Positions 21,050-30,196 are shown, numbered from the stretch's first letter. The stretch: 64,000 bases of DNA from Actinomycetota bacterium (GCA_009377815.1 WHTI01000001.1:20357-84356), one strand, 5' to 3'. Translations and numbers: made by a program. The notes: generated from the letters alone by a model not told the origin.

Positions 21050-21298
21050 CGCCGTACCTCCCTCTCCACTGAGGGCGACGCCGCCCTGGCCATTCACAAA
21101 GTAAAGGGAGATCGGCTTCTTGACCAGTGCGCTATCGCGTAAGTCTCGTCCACATCCAGAGCGCCCCTGCGCGGGGAGCGCAAGGCGCGAGGAGTCGGGC
21201 GTACCGGGGAGTACGTACGCGACGAGCAACGCTGCGATCGTCGATGCAGGGGCGCTCTGGGGGCACGGTGATTTGCGCGATGGCGCACTACGGCGAGA

Positions 21299-23863
21299 TC
21301 AGCGGGTGAAGCGGAAGCGGAGGACCGATCGAGCGTTGGTAGGGCTCTGTTGCTCCCACAGGATGCGGTAGCGACCCGGCCTCAATGACTCCTTCAGGGC
21401 GAAGTCGGAGCGCCGGTTCAGACGATCGGTGGCGACGGTGGTCCACCCGCCCTTGACCTTCCTTTGCAGGAGTACTTCGGTACGTGTGTGCCTCGGGCGG
21501 ACCGAGCCCTTGAGGATCCGCGTTTCCGCGTTGTAGCGGCCGAGGCTGATCTTCGCCTCCACCTCGACGAGCGCGCCGTCCGACTCGCCATCGCTGCAGT
21601 TGCCCTTCGACTCGACCGCCGCGCTGTAGACGGTGCTCTCGGTTCCTTTCGCCGACGCCTTCCAGTTGTCGGAGCCGTCGGGGACGACCGTGTCGATCTT
21701 GGAGAGGCGGTCGTCCATCGTCCGGCGGTACAGCTCGACGACCACCGGAGCGGTGCAGCCGGCCTCCCTCGTCACCGTGCCCGAGAGCACGACCTTGCCG
21801 CGGTAGGGGACCAGGGTATCGGACGCATCGATGGTGACCGCCGCCCCGTCGCCCGGATCGGCCGGCTGCGGCGTATCGTCGGTGGTGGGGCTGGGACTCG
21901 GGGTGGGGGTGGGGGTGGGGGTCGGCTCCGGCTCCGGCTCGTTCGAGAACCCGGGGAGTTCGGGGACGTCGAGCATCGAGGGCGTGGCTATCAGAGGTGC
22001 CTTGGCGGTGTTGGCGTAGCGGTCTCCTACCCGGGCAGGTGCGGCCATCGGCACCAGCCATTCGGTCTGCTGGCCGTCGATCTCGGTGATCGGCTTCGGC
22101 AACATCAGGTTGTCGGTGTCGTTCGTAACGAAGTAGTGGATCCCGTGGCTGCCGAACGCTCCTTGTTTGTAAAGGCCCTCGTAGCCCTCGGGGGCCTGAC
22201 CGAAGCAGGGTCGGTCGACGTAGTCGAGCTCTCGCTCGGTCATCCACGCGTAGCTCTCGCCCGGCCACTCGCGACGCGACGGGTCGTCACCGGTGCCGTC
22301 GTCAAGACAGGCGTCGTCCCGGTAATAGGGAGTGACGAGCGGATTCTCGAGCGCGTTCGCGTTCTTGAGTTCGAACATGTAGATGAGGGACCCGCCGTCG
22401 CCGCGTCCGGCAACCTGTTCCCAGTTGAGGAACGCCAGCGGGCGAGTGAAGGTCGGGTCGGGGGCATCGAAGAACGCCGGCTCACCGAAGATGTCGTCGA
22501 TGTTGCCGACGGCCTCGTCATTGACGCCATCGATCGGCACACCCTGCTCGAGGGCCTCGTTGTAGTAGGTCCCAACCTTGTCGTGGTTGTAGTCCCACGA
22601 GGTGTAGAGCCCATCCGGCGGGATCGGGTGCACACGGACGTGGAAGCGGTAAGTGATCGTGTCCCGGTAGAACGTCTCGATCTTGGTGACGTTGGTTCCG
22701 GAGTCGGCTCCCCAGACCTCACGGATCGCGCGGACCGGTCCCGCGAGCTCTCCGAGCAGCGAGGAGTTGGCCTCCCAGTTGACCTGCTCGTCTTCGAAAC
22801 CGACCAGCGAGATCGTTGAGTCGGGACTCTGCTGGAACGCTCGTCCCTTCCAACGATCGAGGAGGTCGGGACCGTAGACGCCGGGCTGCCCCGGTTTGGC
22901 GACGCGCTTGGAGCGCACCATCCATCGTCCGGTTGCCCTCCATCGATACGCGCTCGTGCTAACGGTGACACCGTCGCGGGGGAAGCGGTCGGTGGACTCG
23001 CGCACCGATCCGTCGGGGTCGCACACCGTGCCGGAGAGGTTTGGCCCGTAGCCGGTGTTCGACGAACCGAGCTTCTCGGGGTCGTCGTCGGCGAACGAAC
23101 CGCGATCGATGTAGTCGTCGGCGTTCGCGTCGCGCTCGTAATCGACGTACCCGTTGCTCGAGTCGAACCTGGAACCGCTCTCGGTCGTGAACAGATAGAT
23201 GTGGCTCGAAGTTCCCGGTGCGAAGGGGTCGTTCAGGGTGATGTCGTACGGATCGCTGAGGGCGCCGGGCGGCGGGACCGCATCGGCGGGAGCTGCGGCG
23301 CCCGCGTCGGAGGCCATGAACGCGATCTCGTCGTCGTCATCGAGGGTCGGAACCGGATCGGCCATCGCCTCGGCCCCCTCAGGGTACGCAGCGAAGCAGT
23401 CTCCGGCGGTCTTCTTCCACGATTCGCTGTCCCACGCGTAGGTGAGCTCTTCGTCGGTGCCGGAGTAGAAGCCGAAGTCGGAGTTGGCGTTGGCGAGGAA
23501 GTAGGGGAACCGTTCGTCGACCTGGACCGGAACCTCGATGTAGCGCTTCCCGTTCCAGCGGTACGCGGCGATCGTCGCCGGATCGACGCCGGTGCGGGGA
23601 TCGGGCGGGACGGTCAGGGTTCCGTTGTGGGCGTCCCGGACGTTATCGCCGTACTCGGTCCCCGAGGGGTAGGGGTTGGCCAGGCCGGTCGCCGCGAGGC
23701 GTGACCACCCCGGCACCCGGTCCCCGGTCAGGACGACGGGTTCGACATCCCGAACCGGGGCGTCGAGCACCGACAGTTGCGCACCGCTCGTGGCGGGAAG
23801 GGCGACCAGGAGCGCGGTCACCATCGCTCCCACGCATAGAACGGCTGAGGCTCGGCGAGTCAT
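21299..23863 (-). CDS. large secreted hypothetical protein with PT-linker and C-terminal beta-sandwich-like domains
   Basis: Signal peptide 'LCVGAMVTALLVALPATSGAQ'. About 620 aa of unrecognised domain, then the linker EPEPEPTPTPTPTPSPSPTT. The roughly 200-aa tail contains 'VLLQRKVKGGWTTV...PGRYRILW' (CarboxypepD_reg/Ig-like pattern). Confidence 0.7.
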   Translation of the reverse strand: MTRRASAVLCVGAMVTALLVALPATSGAQLSVLDAPVRDVEPVVLTGDRVPGWSRLAATGLANPYPSGTEYGDNVRDAHNGTLTVPPDPRTGVDPATIAAYRWNGKRYIEVPVQVDERFPYFLANANSDFGFYSGTDEELTYAWDSESWKKTAGDCFAAYPEGAEAMADPVPTLDDDDEIAFMASDAGAAAPADAVPPPGALSDPYDITLNDPFAPGTSSHIYLFTTESGSRFDSSNGYVDYERDANADDYIDRGSFADDDPEKLGSSNTGYGPNLSGTVCDPDGSVRESTDRFPRDGVTVSTSAYRWRATGRWMVRSKRVAKPGQPGVYGPDLLDRWKGRAFQQSPDSTISLVGFEDEQVNWEANSSLLGELAGPVRAIREVWGADSGTNVTKIETFYRDTITYRFHVRVHPIPPDGLYTSWDYNHDKVGTYYNEALEQGVPIDGVNDEAVGNIDDIFGEPAFFDAPDPTFTRPLAFLNWEQVAGRGDGGSLIYMFELKNANALENPLVTPYYRDDACLDDGTGDDPSRREWPGESYAWMTERELDYVDRPCFGQAPEGYEGLYKQGAFGSHGIHYFVTNDTDNLMLPKPITEIDGQQTEWLVPMAAPARVGDRYANTAKAPLIATPSMLDVPELPGFSNEPEPEPTPTPTPTPSPSPTTDDTPQPADPGDGAAVTIDASDTLVPYRGKVVLSGTVTREAGCTAPVVVELYRRTMDDRLSKIDTVVPDGSDNWKASAKGTESTVYSAAVESKGNCSDGESDGALVEVEAKISLGRYNAETRILKGSVRPRHTRTEVLLQRKVKGGWTTVATDRLNRRSDFALKESLRPGRYRILWEQQSPTNARSVLRFRFTR
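21881..21940 (-). repeat. low-complexity Pro/Thr/Glu/Ser-linker coding repeat
   Basis: The plus strand reads (GGGGT)n/(GGCTCC)n, encoding EPEPEPTPTPTPTPSPSP on the minus strand. Confidence 0.7.
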
Positions 23864-24058
23864 TCCTTTAGGTCCTTGGCTGGTTGGGATCGTCCTGTCC
23901 CGAGATTTCGCCCCGGTCGGAGAGGTTCCTGCCGGCCCCCCTGGATTCCGCCGCCCGGCTTCAAAGATGCCTCGATTACGTAGAGGCCCGGCCCCCTTTT
24001 GTGCCGATTCTTATCCATAGTGAGTTGCATGCCGTCTTCAGATCTCAGGAGGTTCACC

Positions 24059-24439
24059 GTGGTTCTTGGTCGCAGGTTGGTAGTGGTGCTAGCGAGCACC
24101 TCGATGGTGCTGGCGTCGTTCGGCGTCGCGTCGGCCCATGAGGAGGTGGCCGACTCGAAGGTGACGATCGGGGAATCCAAGAAGGGCGTCAAAGGCAAAG
24201 TGACGTCTGAAGCTGCGTTCTGCAGCGCCCTGCGGCAGGTGAAGGTCTTCAAGGTCAAGTCAGGGAAGGACAAGAAGGTGGGCTCGGCGACGACCAACCT
24301 GAAGGGCAAGTGGTCCGTGAAGGTCCCGAACGCCAGCGGCAAGTACTACGTCAAGGTGGCGCGCACCCTGGATGATCATGACCCCTACTCCCACGTTCAT
24401 GAGTGCACCGCCGCAAAGTCCGACAAGCTGAAGATCTAG
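24059..24439 (+). CDS. small secreted protein, paralog A (single beta-sandwich; predicted N-terminal His after signal cleavage)
   Basis: Start set to GTG 24059, 6 nt after a perfect AGGAGG (24047-24052). Signal 'LVVVLASTSMVLASFGVASA|HEEV'. Clearly similar to ORF 29828..30196: GKYYVKVAR vs GRYFVKVAR, and YSHVHEC vs YGHRHNC. Confidence 0.65.
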   Translation: MVLGRRLVVVLASTSMVLASFGVASAHEEVADSKVTIGESKKGVKGKVTSEAAFCSALRQVKVFKVKSGKDKKVGSATTNLKGKWSVKVPNASGKYYVKVARTLDDHDPYSHVHECTAAKSDKLKI

Positions 24440-24466
24440 CTCCGGAGGAGCGAACCAAGGGCCGCC

Positions 24467-26311
24467 GTGAAGATCCTGAGAAGCGTCGTCGTTGCCCTGT
24501 TCGTGATCCTCGTCCTCGACGCCTGTTACACCGCGGCTCGCCTCACTCTTGAGCTGAGGTGGACCGCGTCCGCGCTAGACAAGGCGGCGACCAAACTCGA
24601 AGCCGCCAAGTTCAACAAGGCCGAGCGCGATTTCGACAGCGCGCGGACGCATGCCCGGGCTGCGGAGCGGATGACCGGACACCTCAGCTTCAATCTCTTG
24701 AGCCACCTCCCCGGGATCGGCTCGGATGTCGATGCCATCGATTCGTTGGTGGCGGCGGTCAACCACTCGGCCGATGCCGGTGTCACGGCTCTCGACGGGA
24801 TCCAGGCGATGGATCCGCACGATGAGGGCCTCGCCGGTGCCCTGTACGAAGACGGACGGGTCGACCTTGCCGCCTTCGACATGGCCCGCACCTACGTCGA
24901 TGACGCGGTTGGTCTCCTTGGAGCTGCTCGCAGAGAGGTCGCCATGGCTCCGGAGGGCAACATCCCCCCGGTGTCGCACGCGGTGGAAAAAGCAGGGGAC
25001 CGGCTCGATTCAGCGCTTGATTCCGCTCACGAAGGGGTGCGTGTCATGGAGCAGCTGCCGCGACTGCTCGGAGCGGATCGACCGCGTCACTACTTCCTCG
25101 CGTTCCAGTCGCCCAGTGAAGCGCGTGGCGGCGGGGGCCTGATCGGGTTCTACGGGATCCTCGAGGCCGACGACGGCAAGGTCGAGCTCGGACATCTGGA
25201 GCCGATCGGCGAACTGACGAACTCCAGGAAGGAGACTGCGGACGCTCCAGGATGGTTCCGCGACCTCTACGGTGGCGTCGGCGCGGTTGACGAGTGGCGA
25301 CAAGTGAACGCGTCGATCAACTTCCCAGTCGTTTCCGAAGTGATCCTCGATCGCTACCAACGCAGCACCGGGGAACAACTCGACGGCGTGATCGCGATGG
25401 ATCCCCTCGCCCTGGGTGATCTGACTCAGGGCACCGGACCGATACAGGCCGGGGCCCTCGGCAAGATCGGTCCCCGGAACGTGCGGGAGGTGCTGCTGCG
25501 TGACGTCTATCTCGACTACCAGGGCCGGCCGATCGCACAGAACCGGGCACTCAAGATCCTCGTCGATCACTTCTGGGACCGGCTGGGAGGCGGCCGGGTG
25601 GACGTCACAGGGCTCTCGGATGGCTTGAGCGATGCTGCCTCCGGTGGCCACCTCAAGATCTTCGCCGGCGACCCGGCCATCGAGGCCGCACTCGTCGATC
25701 TCGGAATCGATGGCGGGTACACCGACGAGCACTCCAACGTCCAATCCGTCTTCAACAACAACTGGTCGGCGAACAAGATCGACTACTACCTGCACCGCAC
25801 GATCGAAACCCACATCGTGCTCGATGCAAAGGGGGAGGCCACGGTGACGACAACCGCGTTGCTCTCCAACTTCGCGCCACCCGACCAGGGTGGACTGATG
25901 AGTGGGTCGCACATCGAGGGCCAGGCCGACGGGACCAACACGATGTCGTTGTTCTTCCTCATGCCGGAGGGGTCCCGCGATCCCGTGGTCACCATCGACG
26001 GCCGGCGTGATGCAGCCTTCCGCGGGCACGACGACGTCTCTCCGGTGGCGTGGACGATCGTGCGGATCCCGGCGGGGGAGGCCAGCACCGTCACCCTCAC
26101 CTACAAACTCGCCGGTGGGATCAGGGGCGGGCACTTCCCGTTCACGCTGTTCCCCCAGACGACCGTGAATCCTGACTCGTTCGAACTCACCGCCGAAGGC
26201 CCGAGCGGGCGGTTGCTCGAGATCTCGGAGATCGACGACGAGGACGGTTCCTCCGGGCAGTTGATCCGCGGCGTTCTCGATCGCGAGCGACGCTTCCGGA
26301 TCGAGCTCTAG
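24467..26311 (+). CDS. DUF4012-like membrane-anchored protein, paralog A
   Basis: N-terminal TM helix. 'YFLAFQSPSEARGGGGLIGFYGIL' and 'LDGVIAMDPLALGDL' match my recollection of the DUF4012 signature. Paralog of 30331..32172. Confidence 0.8.
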   Translation: MKILRSVVVALFVILVLDACYTAARLTLELRWTASALDKAATKLEAAKFNKAERDFDSARTHARAAERMTGHLSFNLLSHLPGIGSDVDAIDSLVAAVNHSADAGVTALDGIQAMDPHDEGLAGALYEDGRVDLAAFDMARTYVDDAVGLLGAARREVAMAPEGNIPPVSHAVEKAGDRLDSALDSAHEGVRVMEQLPRLLGADRPRHYFLAFQSPSEARGGGGLIGFYGILEADDGKVELGHLEPIGELTNSRKETADAPGWFRDLYGGVGAVDEWRQVNASINFPVVSEVILDRYQRSTGEQLDGVIAMDPLALGDLTQGTGPIQAGALGKIGPRNVREVLLRDVYLDYQGRPIAQNRALKILVDHFWDRLGGGRVDVTGLSDGLSDAASGGHLKIFAGDPAIEAALVDLGIDGGYTDEHSNVQSVFNNNWSANKIDYYLHRTIETHIVLDAKGEATVTTTALLSNFAPPDQGGLMSGSHIEGQADGTNTMSLFFLMPEGSRDPVVTIDGRRDAAFRGHDDVSPVAWTIVRIPAGEASTVTLTYKLAGGIRGGHFPFTLFPQTTVNPDSFELTAEGPSGRLLEISEIDDEDGSSGQLIRGVLDRERRFRIEL

Positions 26312-26320
26312 ACGCGACGA

Positions 26321-26341
26321 AGCCCGGCGATGAGCCGGGCT
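26321..26341. terminator. stem-loop between convergent genes
   Basis: Perfect 8-bp stem AGCCCGGC/GCCGGGCT with a 5-nt loop, 10 nt after the DUF4012-A stop. No U-tract. Confidence 0.35.
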
Positions 26342-26356
26342 CCTGGTGGTTCGGTA

Positions 26357-26593
26357 TTACCTGAGGAGGCCGTTGGTCCCCATGAGGAAGTCTTCATCGT
26401 CGCCGCGCGCCGAGCCGTCGCCGATCCCCTCGATCCCGTTGAGGTACTCGAAGTCGGCACCCCCCCGGCCCTGAGCCGACGACTTGATCCGGGCCATCTC
26501 GAGCTCCTTGAGCCACACGCGACCCTTGGCGGTCAGCCCGAAACCCGAATCCCCGAGCAGCCCTGCGGCCTTGAGCTCGTCCATCGTGGTCAT
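26357..26593 (-). CDS. small hypothetical protein (78 aa, acidic C-terminus)
   Basis: ATG 26593 is preceded by GAGGAG. G/C-rich third positions in this frame. No motif recognised. Confidence 0.45.
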   Translation of the reverse strand: MTTMDELKAAGLLGDSGFGLTAKGRVWLKELEMARIKSSAQGRGGADFEYLNGIEGIGDGSARGDDEDFLMGTNGLLR

Positions 26594-26878
26594 GTTCTTC
26601 ACTCCTCTTAAGAGATCTGTGGTGTTCCCCAGCGTTCGTTGGACCACCACGGTAGCGAACGGTTACTTGACCGTCAGGTCCGAGACCGACATCAGACAAA
26701 CACCTGGGATTTCGTTCCATACAGGGTCCTATGCATGGGAATGAACCAGGTCCAATAGGTAGAAAAGCGTATCTATTTCTCCGAAAACCCTATTGAAAGG
26801 GACCCATAAGACCTAGATGCTGGGGACATCCACCAAAGATCTAGTTGATGCCCACTCGGGGGCTTCGAAGGGAGAAAC

Positions 26879-29779
26879 ATGAACATTAGATCGCCAAAAC
26901 AGTTCTTCGCGCCGGGGCGGACACGGTCTCTGGGACTCCTAACCGCGGCGCTTTTGATCGCCGGACTGGTCCCAGCCATGTTTAGCCCCGCCAACGCGGC
27001 CGGGGTGACTCACTACGTATCGCCGGCAACCATCGGAAGTGCTCCCGGGACCGACTGTGCGACCCCCGGATACAACACCATCCAGGCCGCGATCAACGCA
27101 GCCACGGCGGGCGACATCGTCCAGGTATGTGCCGGGACCTACGGCGAAGATGTCGTCGTGAACAAGGCCGGCCTTCAGCTCCTCGGCGCCGGTATCGACA
27201 ACTCCACCATCGAGGGGCCGATCGGCGGCGGTGGCGCGACGGTTCAGATCAGTGCATCCGGCGTAGTCGTGGACGGGTTCAGCATCACGCGCACCGGCAA
27301 CACTCTGGCGGACTGGAACAACACCGAGTTGAACTTTGCCGGCGTCGCGGTTCAGGGCCTGACCGTAAACGTGGAGCTGCGGAACTCCAGGCTGTACGGG
27401 AACCGGACCGCGATCGACATCAACAACAGCAATGGGAACTCGATCTTCAACAGCATCCTCGAGAACAACCACACCGGCATGATCTTCCGAAACCAAACGG
27501 ACAACACGACGCTTACTGAGAACAGCATCGTCAACAACCGGACGGTGGGGATTCTGTTTCTGGATGCAAGTAGCGGCACGAACTCTCCTGTTCAGACGGC
27601 AGCGAACTCCACGTTCAGTAACAACAACATCTCTGGCAACTGGTACGGCGAGATCGTGGACCGCCAGTCGGGTGGCTCGCTGCCGGCTGCGGGGACCAAC
27701 CTCAAGGACTTCAGCGGCAACTGGTACGGGACAACGTCCCCGGTGGTCAGCACCGCCAACAGTGCCGAGCCGGGCTATGCAGCACTGATTCCCGTGAGTG
27801 CAGGTGGAACGGCAACTGACCCGGGGGGGCAGCCCGACATCGCGGGGCCTGCCTCGGCGAACTTCGACTACACACCGCTCTTGGGGTCCGGTACAGACAC
27901 TGCCGGGACCACCGGCTTCCAGGGGGACTTTTCCTCGCTGTATGTCGATGCTGCTTCGGCACAAACCGGATCTGCGGAGCCGATTCAGGAGAGCGAAGAT
28001 GTCGCGCTTCCCGGCGGCACCGTGAATCTCAAGCCGGGCACACACACCGAAGGCAACCTCGTTATTGACAAAAGCCTGACAGTGGTTGGTGTCGGCGCTG
28101 CTGAGATCCACCCGGCGGCTTCGTTCCCCAATAACAACAACGCCGGCAGTGCATGGATTCTCGTTAACCAAGGAGTCGATTTCGATCTCAGTAACGTCTC
28201 CCTCGTCGGCACCGGGTTCAGCGTCCGGCAAGGTCTTCGGTCTCACGGCAACACGACTGTGGACAGCGTCGACTTCGACTCTCTCGGGAGCCCTGGCTAC
28301 GGTGGCTTCGCGGTCATGGGTTTCGGGGGGACCGTTCCTGGCGGATTGGGGTCAGATTCACACTCTGGCGGTCTGTCCGCCAGCCACCTCACGATCACCA
28401 ACAGCACCTTCACCGACTACGGACGGGTCGGCGTGCTGATCAAGGGCACGGGATCGACCGCCACGATCTCGAACAACGTGTTTGTCGGTAAGGGGCTCGG
28501 GAACCACCTCGATTACGCGGTGGAAGTCGGGGCCGGCGGTACGGCGGACGTCTCCGATAACTCGATCAGTAACAACAGAGGCACTGCTCTAAGTGATGGC
28601 TCGACCTCTGCTGGGATCCTCGTTACGGACTATTTCGGCGGAGGGACCTCGGCGACAGTTACGGACAACGATCTCTTCGACAACTCGACCGGGATCTACC
28701 TCGGCTATCTCATCTCCGACGAGTCGAGCCTGACCGCGCACCTCAACAGGTTCGATGACAACGACAGCGCGGCGCTCAACGCCAGCGACGAGAGCGTCTT
28801 CGTCGCCGATAACAACTGGTGGGATGATCCTTCGGGACCGACCCATCTTCTGAACGCCGGCGGTATCGGGCAGCTGATCGAAGGAGACGTGGCCTTCACA
28901 CCGTGGTGTGTGAACCCAGATTGCACGACCCCGCCTCCTCCTCCGACGCCGACTCCGACACCGACGCCGACCGATCCGGGTGGTGGCGACATCGTTACGC
29001 CTCCAGGGGCGGATCCGCTTCCGGAGGGAGAGTGCAACCCTGCCACCGAGATCTGCGGCTCGACCGGTGACGATGATGCCGATGTCAACAACGGAACCGT
29101 TATCACGGGACCGGGCGAGGACCACATCGATATCGACACCGATGGGGACACCGAGCAGGTCACGGTCGACGCGGGGCCCGACAACGACACCGTCGTCCTC
29201 AATGTCGGTGAGGGTACGCCCGAAGGTACCGTCATCGAGGTCGATGGTGGCGACGGTGACGACACGATCATCGTCAACCTTCCCGAAGGCACGACCAACG
29301 TCGAGATCATCATCATCGGCGGGGACGGCGACGACACGATCACCTATCCGAACCTCGAGGGCCTCGATGGAGTGACGATCGTCACGACCACCGGCGACGG
29401 TGACGATGTTGTGAACGTTCCGCCGTCACCGGGCACGGTCCGGATCATCATCCGGCTCGGAGATGGTGCCGATGCGGTCGTCGTCAACACCGGAGTCGGT
29501 GCAGCTCCCAAGGGAGCGTCCGGCGCGGCGGTTACCGGCGGCTTCGACATCTACGGTGGAGCGGGGCGGGAACTGATCGAGGGCTCGACCGGCGCCGACT
29601 TCTTGTCCGGAGGCGGGGGCAGAGACTCCATCTTCGGCAAGCGTGGCGATGACGTCCTCAAGGGCGGCAAAGCCGTGGACCGTCTGTTCGGCGGCTTCGG
29701 CGACGACACGATCTACGGTGGTAAGGGGAAAGACGTTGCGAAGGGTGGCCCTGGAAACGATCAGCTGATCGGCATCTAG
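26879..29779 (+). CDS. secreted right-handed parallel beta-helix protein with PT-linker and C-terminal RTX-type Ca-binding repeats
   Basis: Signal peptide. 'GYNTIQAAINAATAGDIVQVCAGTYGEDVVV' plus many Asn-rich 'NNxI/NNxG' turns give a pectate-lyase/NosD-type beta-helix, apparently in two blocks. Linker PPPPPTPTPTPTPT, then Asp/Gly/Thr-rich repeats. The C-terminus reads 'GGGGRDSIFGKRGDDVLKGGKAVDRLFGGFGDDTIYGGKGKDVAKGGPGNDQLIG'. Confidence 0.8.
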   Translation: MNIRSPKQFFAPGRTRSLGLLTAALLIAGLVPAMFSPANAAGVTHYVSPATIGSAPGTDCATPGYNTIQAAINAATAGDIVQVCAGTYGEDVVVNKAGLQLLGAGIDNSTIEGPIGGGGATVQISASGVVVDGFSITRTGNTLADWNNTELNFAGVAVQGLTVNVELRNSRLYGNRTAIDINNSNGNSIFNSILENNHTGMIFRNQTDNTTLTENSIVNNRTVGILFLDASSGTNSPVQTAANSTFSNNNISGNWYGEIVDRQSGGSLPAAGTNLKDFSGNWYGTTSPVVSTANSAEPGYAALIPVSAGGTATDPGGQPDIAGPASANFDYTPLLGSGTDTAGTTGFQGDFSSLYVDAASAQTGSAEPIQESEDVALPGGTVNLKPGTHTEGNLVIDKSLTVVGVGAAEIHPAASFPNNNNAGSAWILVNQGVDFDLSNVSLVGTGFSVRQGLRSHGNTTVDSVDFDSLGSPGYGGFAVMGFGGTVPGGLGSDSHSGGLSASHLTITNSTFTDYGRVGVLIKGTGSTATISNNVFVGKGLGNHLDYAVEVGAGGTADVSDNSISNNRGTALSDGSTSAGILVTDYFGGGTSATVTDNDLFDNSTGIYLGYLISDESSLTAHLNRFDDNDSAALNASDESVFVADNNWWDDPSGPTHLLNAGGIGQLIEGDVAFTPWCVNPDCTTPPPPPTPTPTPTPTDPGGGDIVTPPGADPLPEGECNPATEICGSTGDDDADVNNGTVITGPGEDHIDIDTDGDTEQVTVDAGPDNDTVVLNVGEGTPEGTVIEVDGGDGDDTIIVNLPEGTTNVEIIIIGGDGDDTITYPNLEGLDGVTIVTTTGDGDDVVNVPPSPGTVRIIIRLGDGADAVVVNTGVGAAPKGASGAAVTGGFDIYGGAGRELIEGSTGADFLSGGGGRDSIFGKRGDDVLKGGKAVDRLFGGFGDDTIYGGKGKDVAKGGPGNDQLIGI
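28931..28972 (+). repeat. Pro/Thr linker coding repeat
   Basis: (CCN ACN)n encoding PPPPPTPTPTPTPT. Confidence 0.7.
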
Positions 29780-29796
29780 GACCGCGCGAAAGAGAG

Positions 29797-29833
29797 GACC
29801 CGGCCCTCGAAGGGGGGTCGGGTCTTTCTATTT
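29797..29833. terminator. bidirectional intrinsic terminator between convergent genes
   Basis: 10-bp stem GACCCGGCCC/GGGTCGGGTC (one G-U pair) with an 8-nt loop, followed by TTTCTATTT on the plus strand and a CU-rich run on the minus strand. Confidence 0.5.
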
Positions 29834-30196
29834 CGCCTTGATCGTGCTGGAGCGAGTGCCCTTGCAGTTGTGGCGGTGCCCGTAGGGGGTGTTGAGTTTG
29901 CGGGCGACCTTCACGAAGTAGCGTCCGCGAGCGTTCTCCTTGACGATCCGGTAGCGGCCCTTCTTGTTGGTCACGTCGGAGCCGACCGCCTTGGACGGCT
30001 TCTTCTTGAAGTCCCGCATAAGGGTGACCTTCCGTCCCCGCTCGCAGCGACCTCGATCGGATGAGACCCTGCCCTTGAAGATGTCTCCGTTGTTGTTCAG
30101 CGTCACGGACGCATCTGCGGCGAACTCATGGCCGGTGGCCATCGGGCCGGGGAGCGCGGCGAGTGCCAGCGCCATGATCGGAAGGATGATCTTCAT
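29828..30196 (-). CDS. small secreted protein, paralog B (predicted N-terminal His after signal cleavage)
   Basis: Start set to ATG 30196, with GAGG 9 nt upstream. Signal 'MKIILPIMALALAALPGPMATG|HEFA'. Paralog of 24059..24439. Confidence 0.65.
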   Translation of the reverse strand: MKIILPIMALALAALPGPMATGHEFAADASVTLNNNGDIFKGRVSSDRGRCERGRKVTLMRDFKKKPSKAVGSDVTNKKGRYRIVKENARGRYFVKVARKLNTPYGHRHNCKGTRSSTIKAK

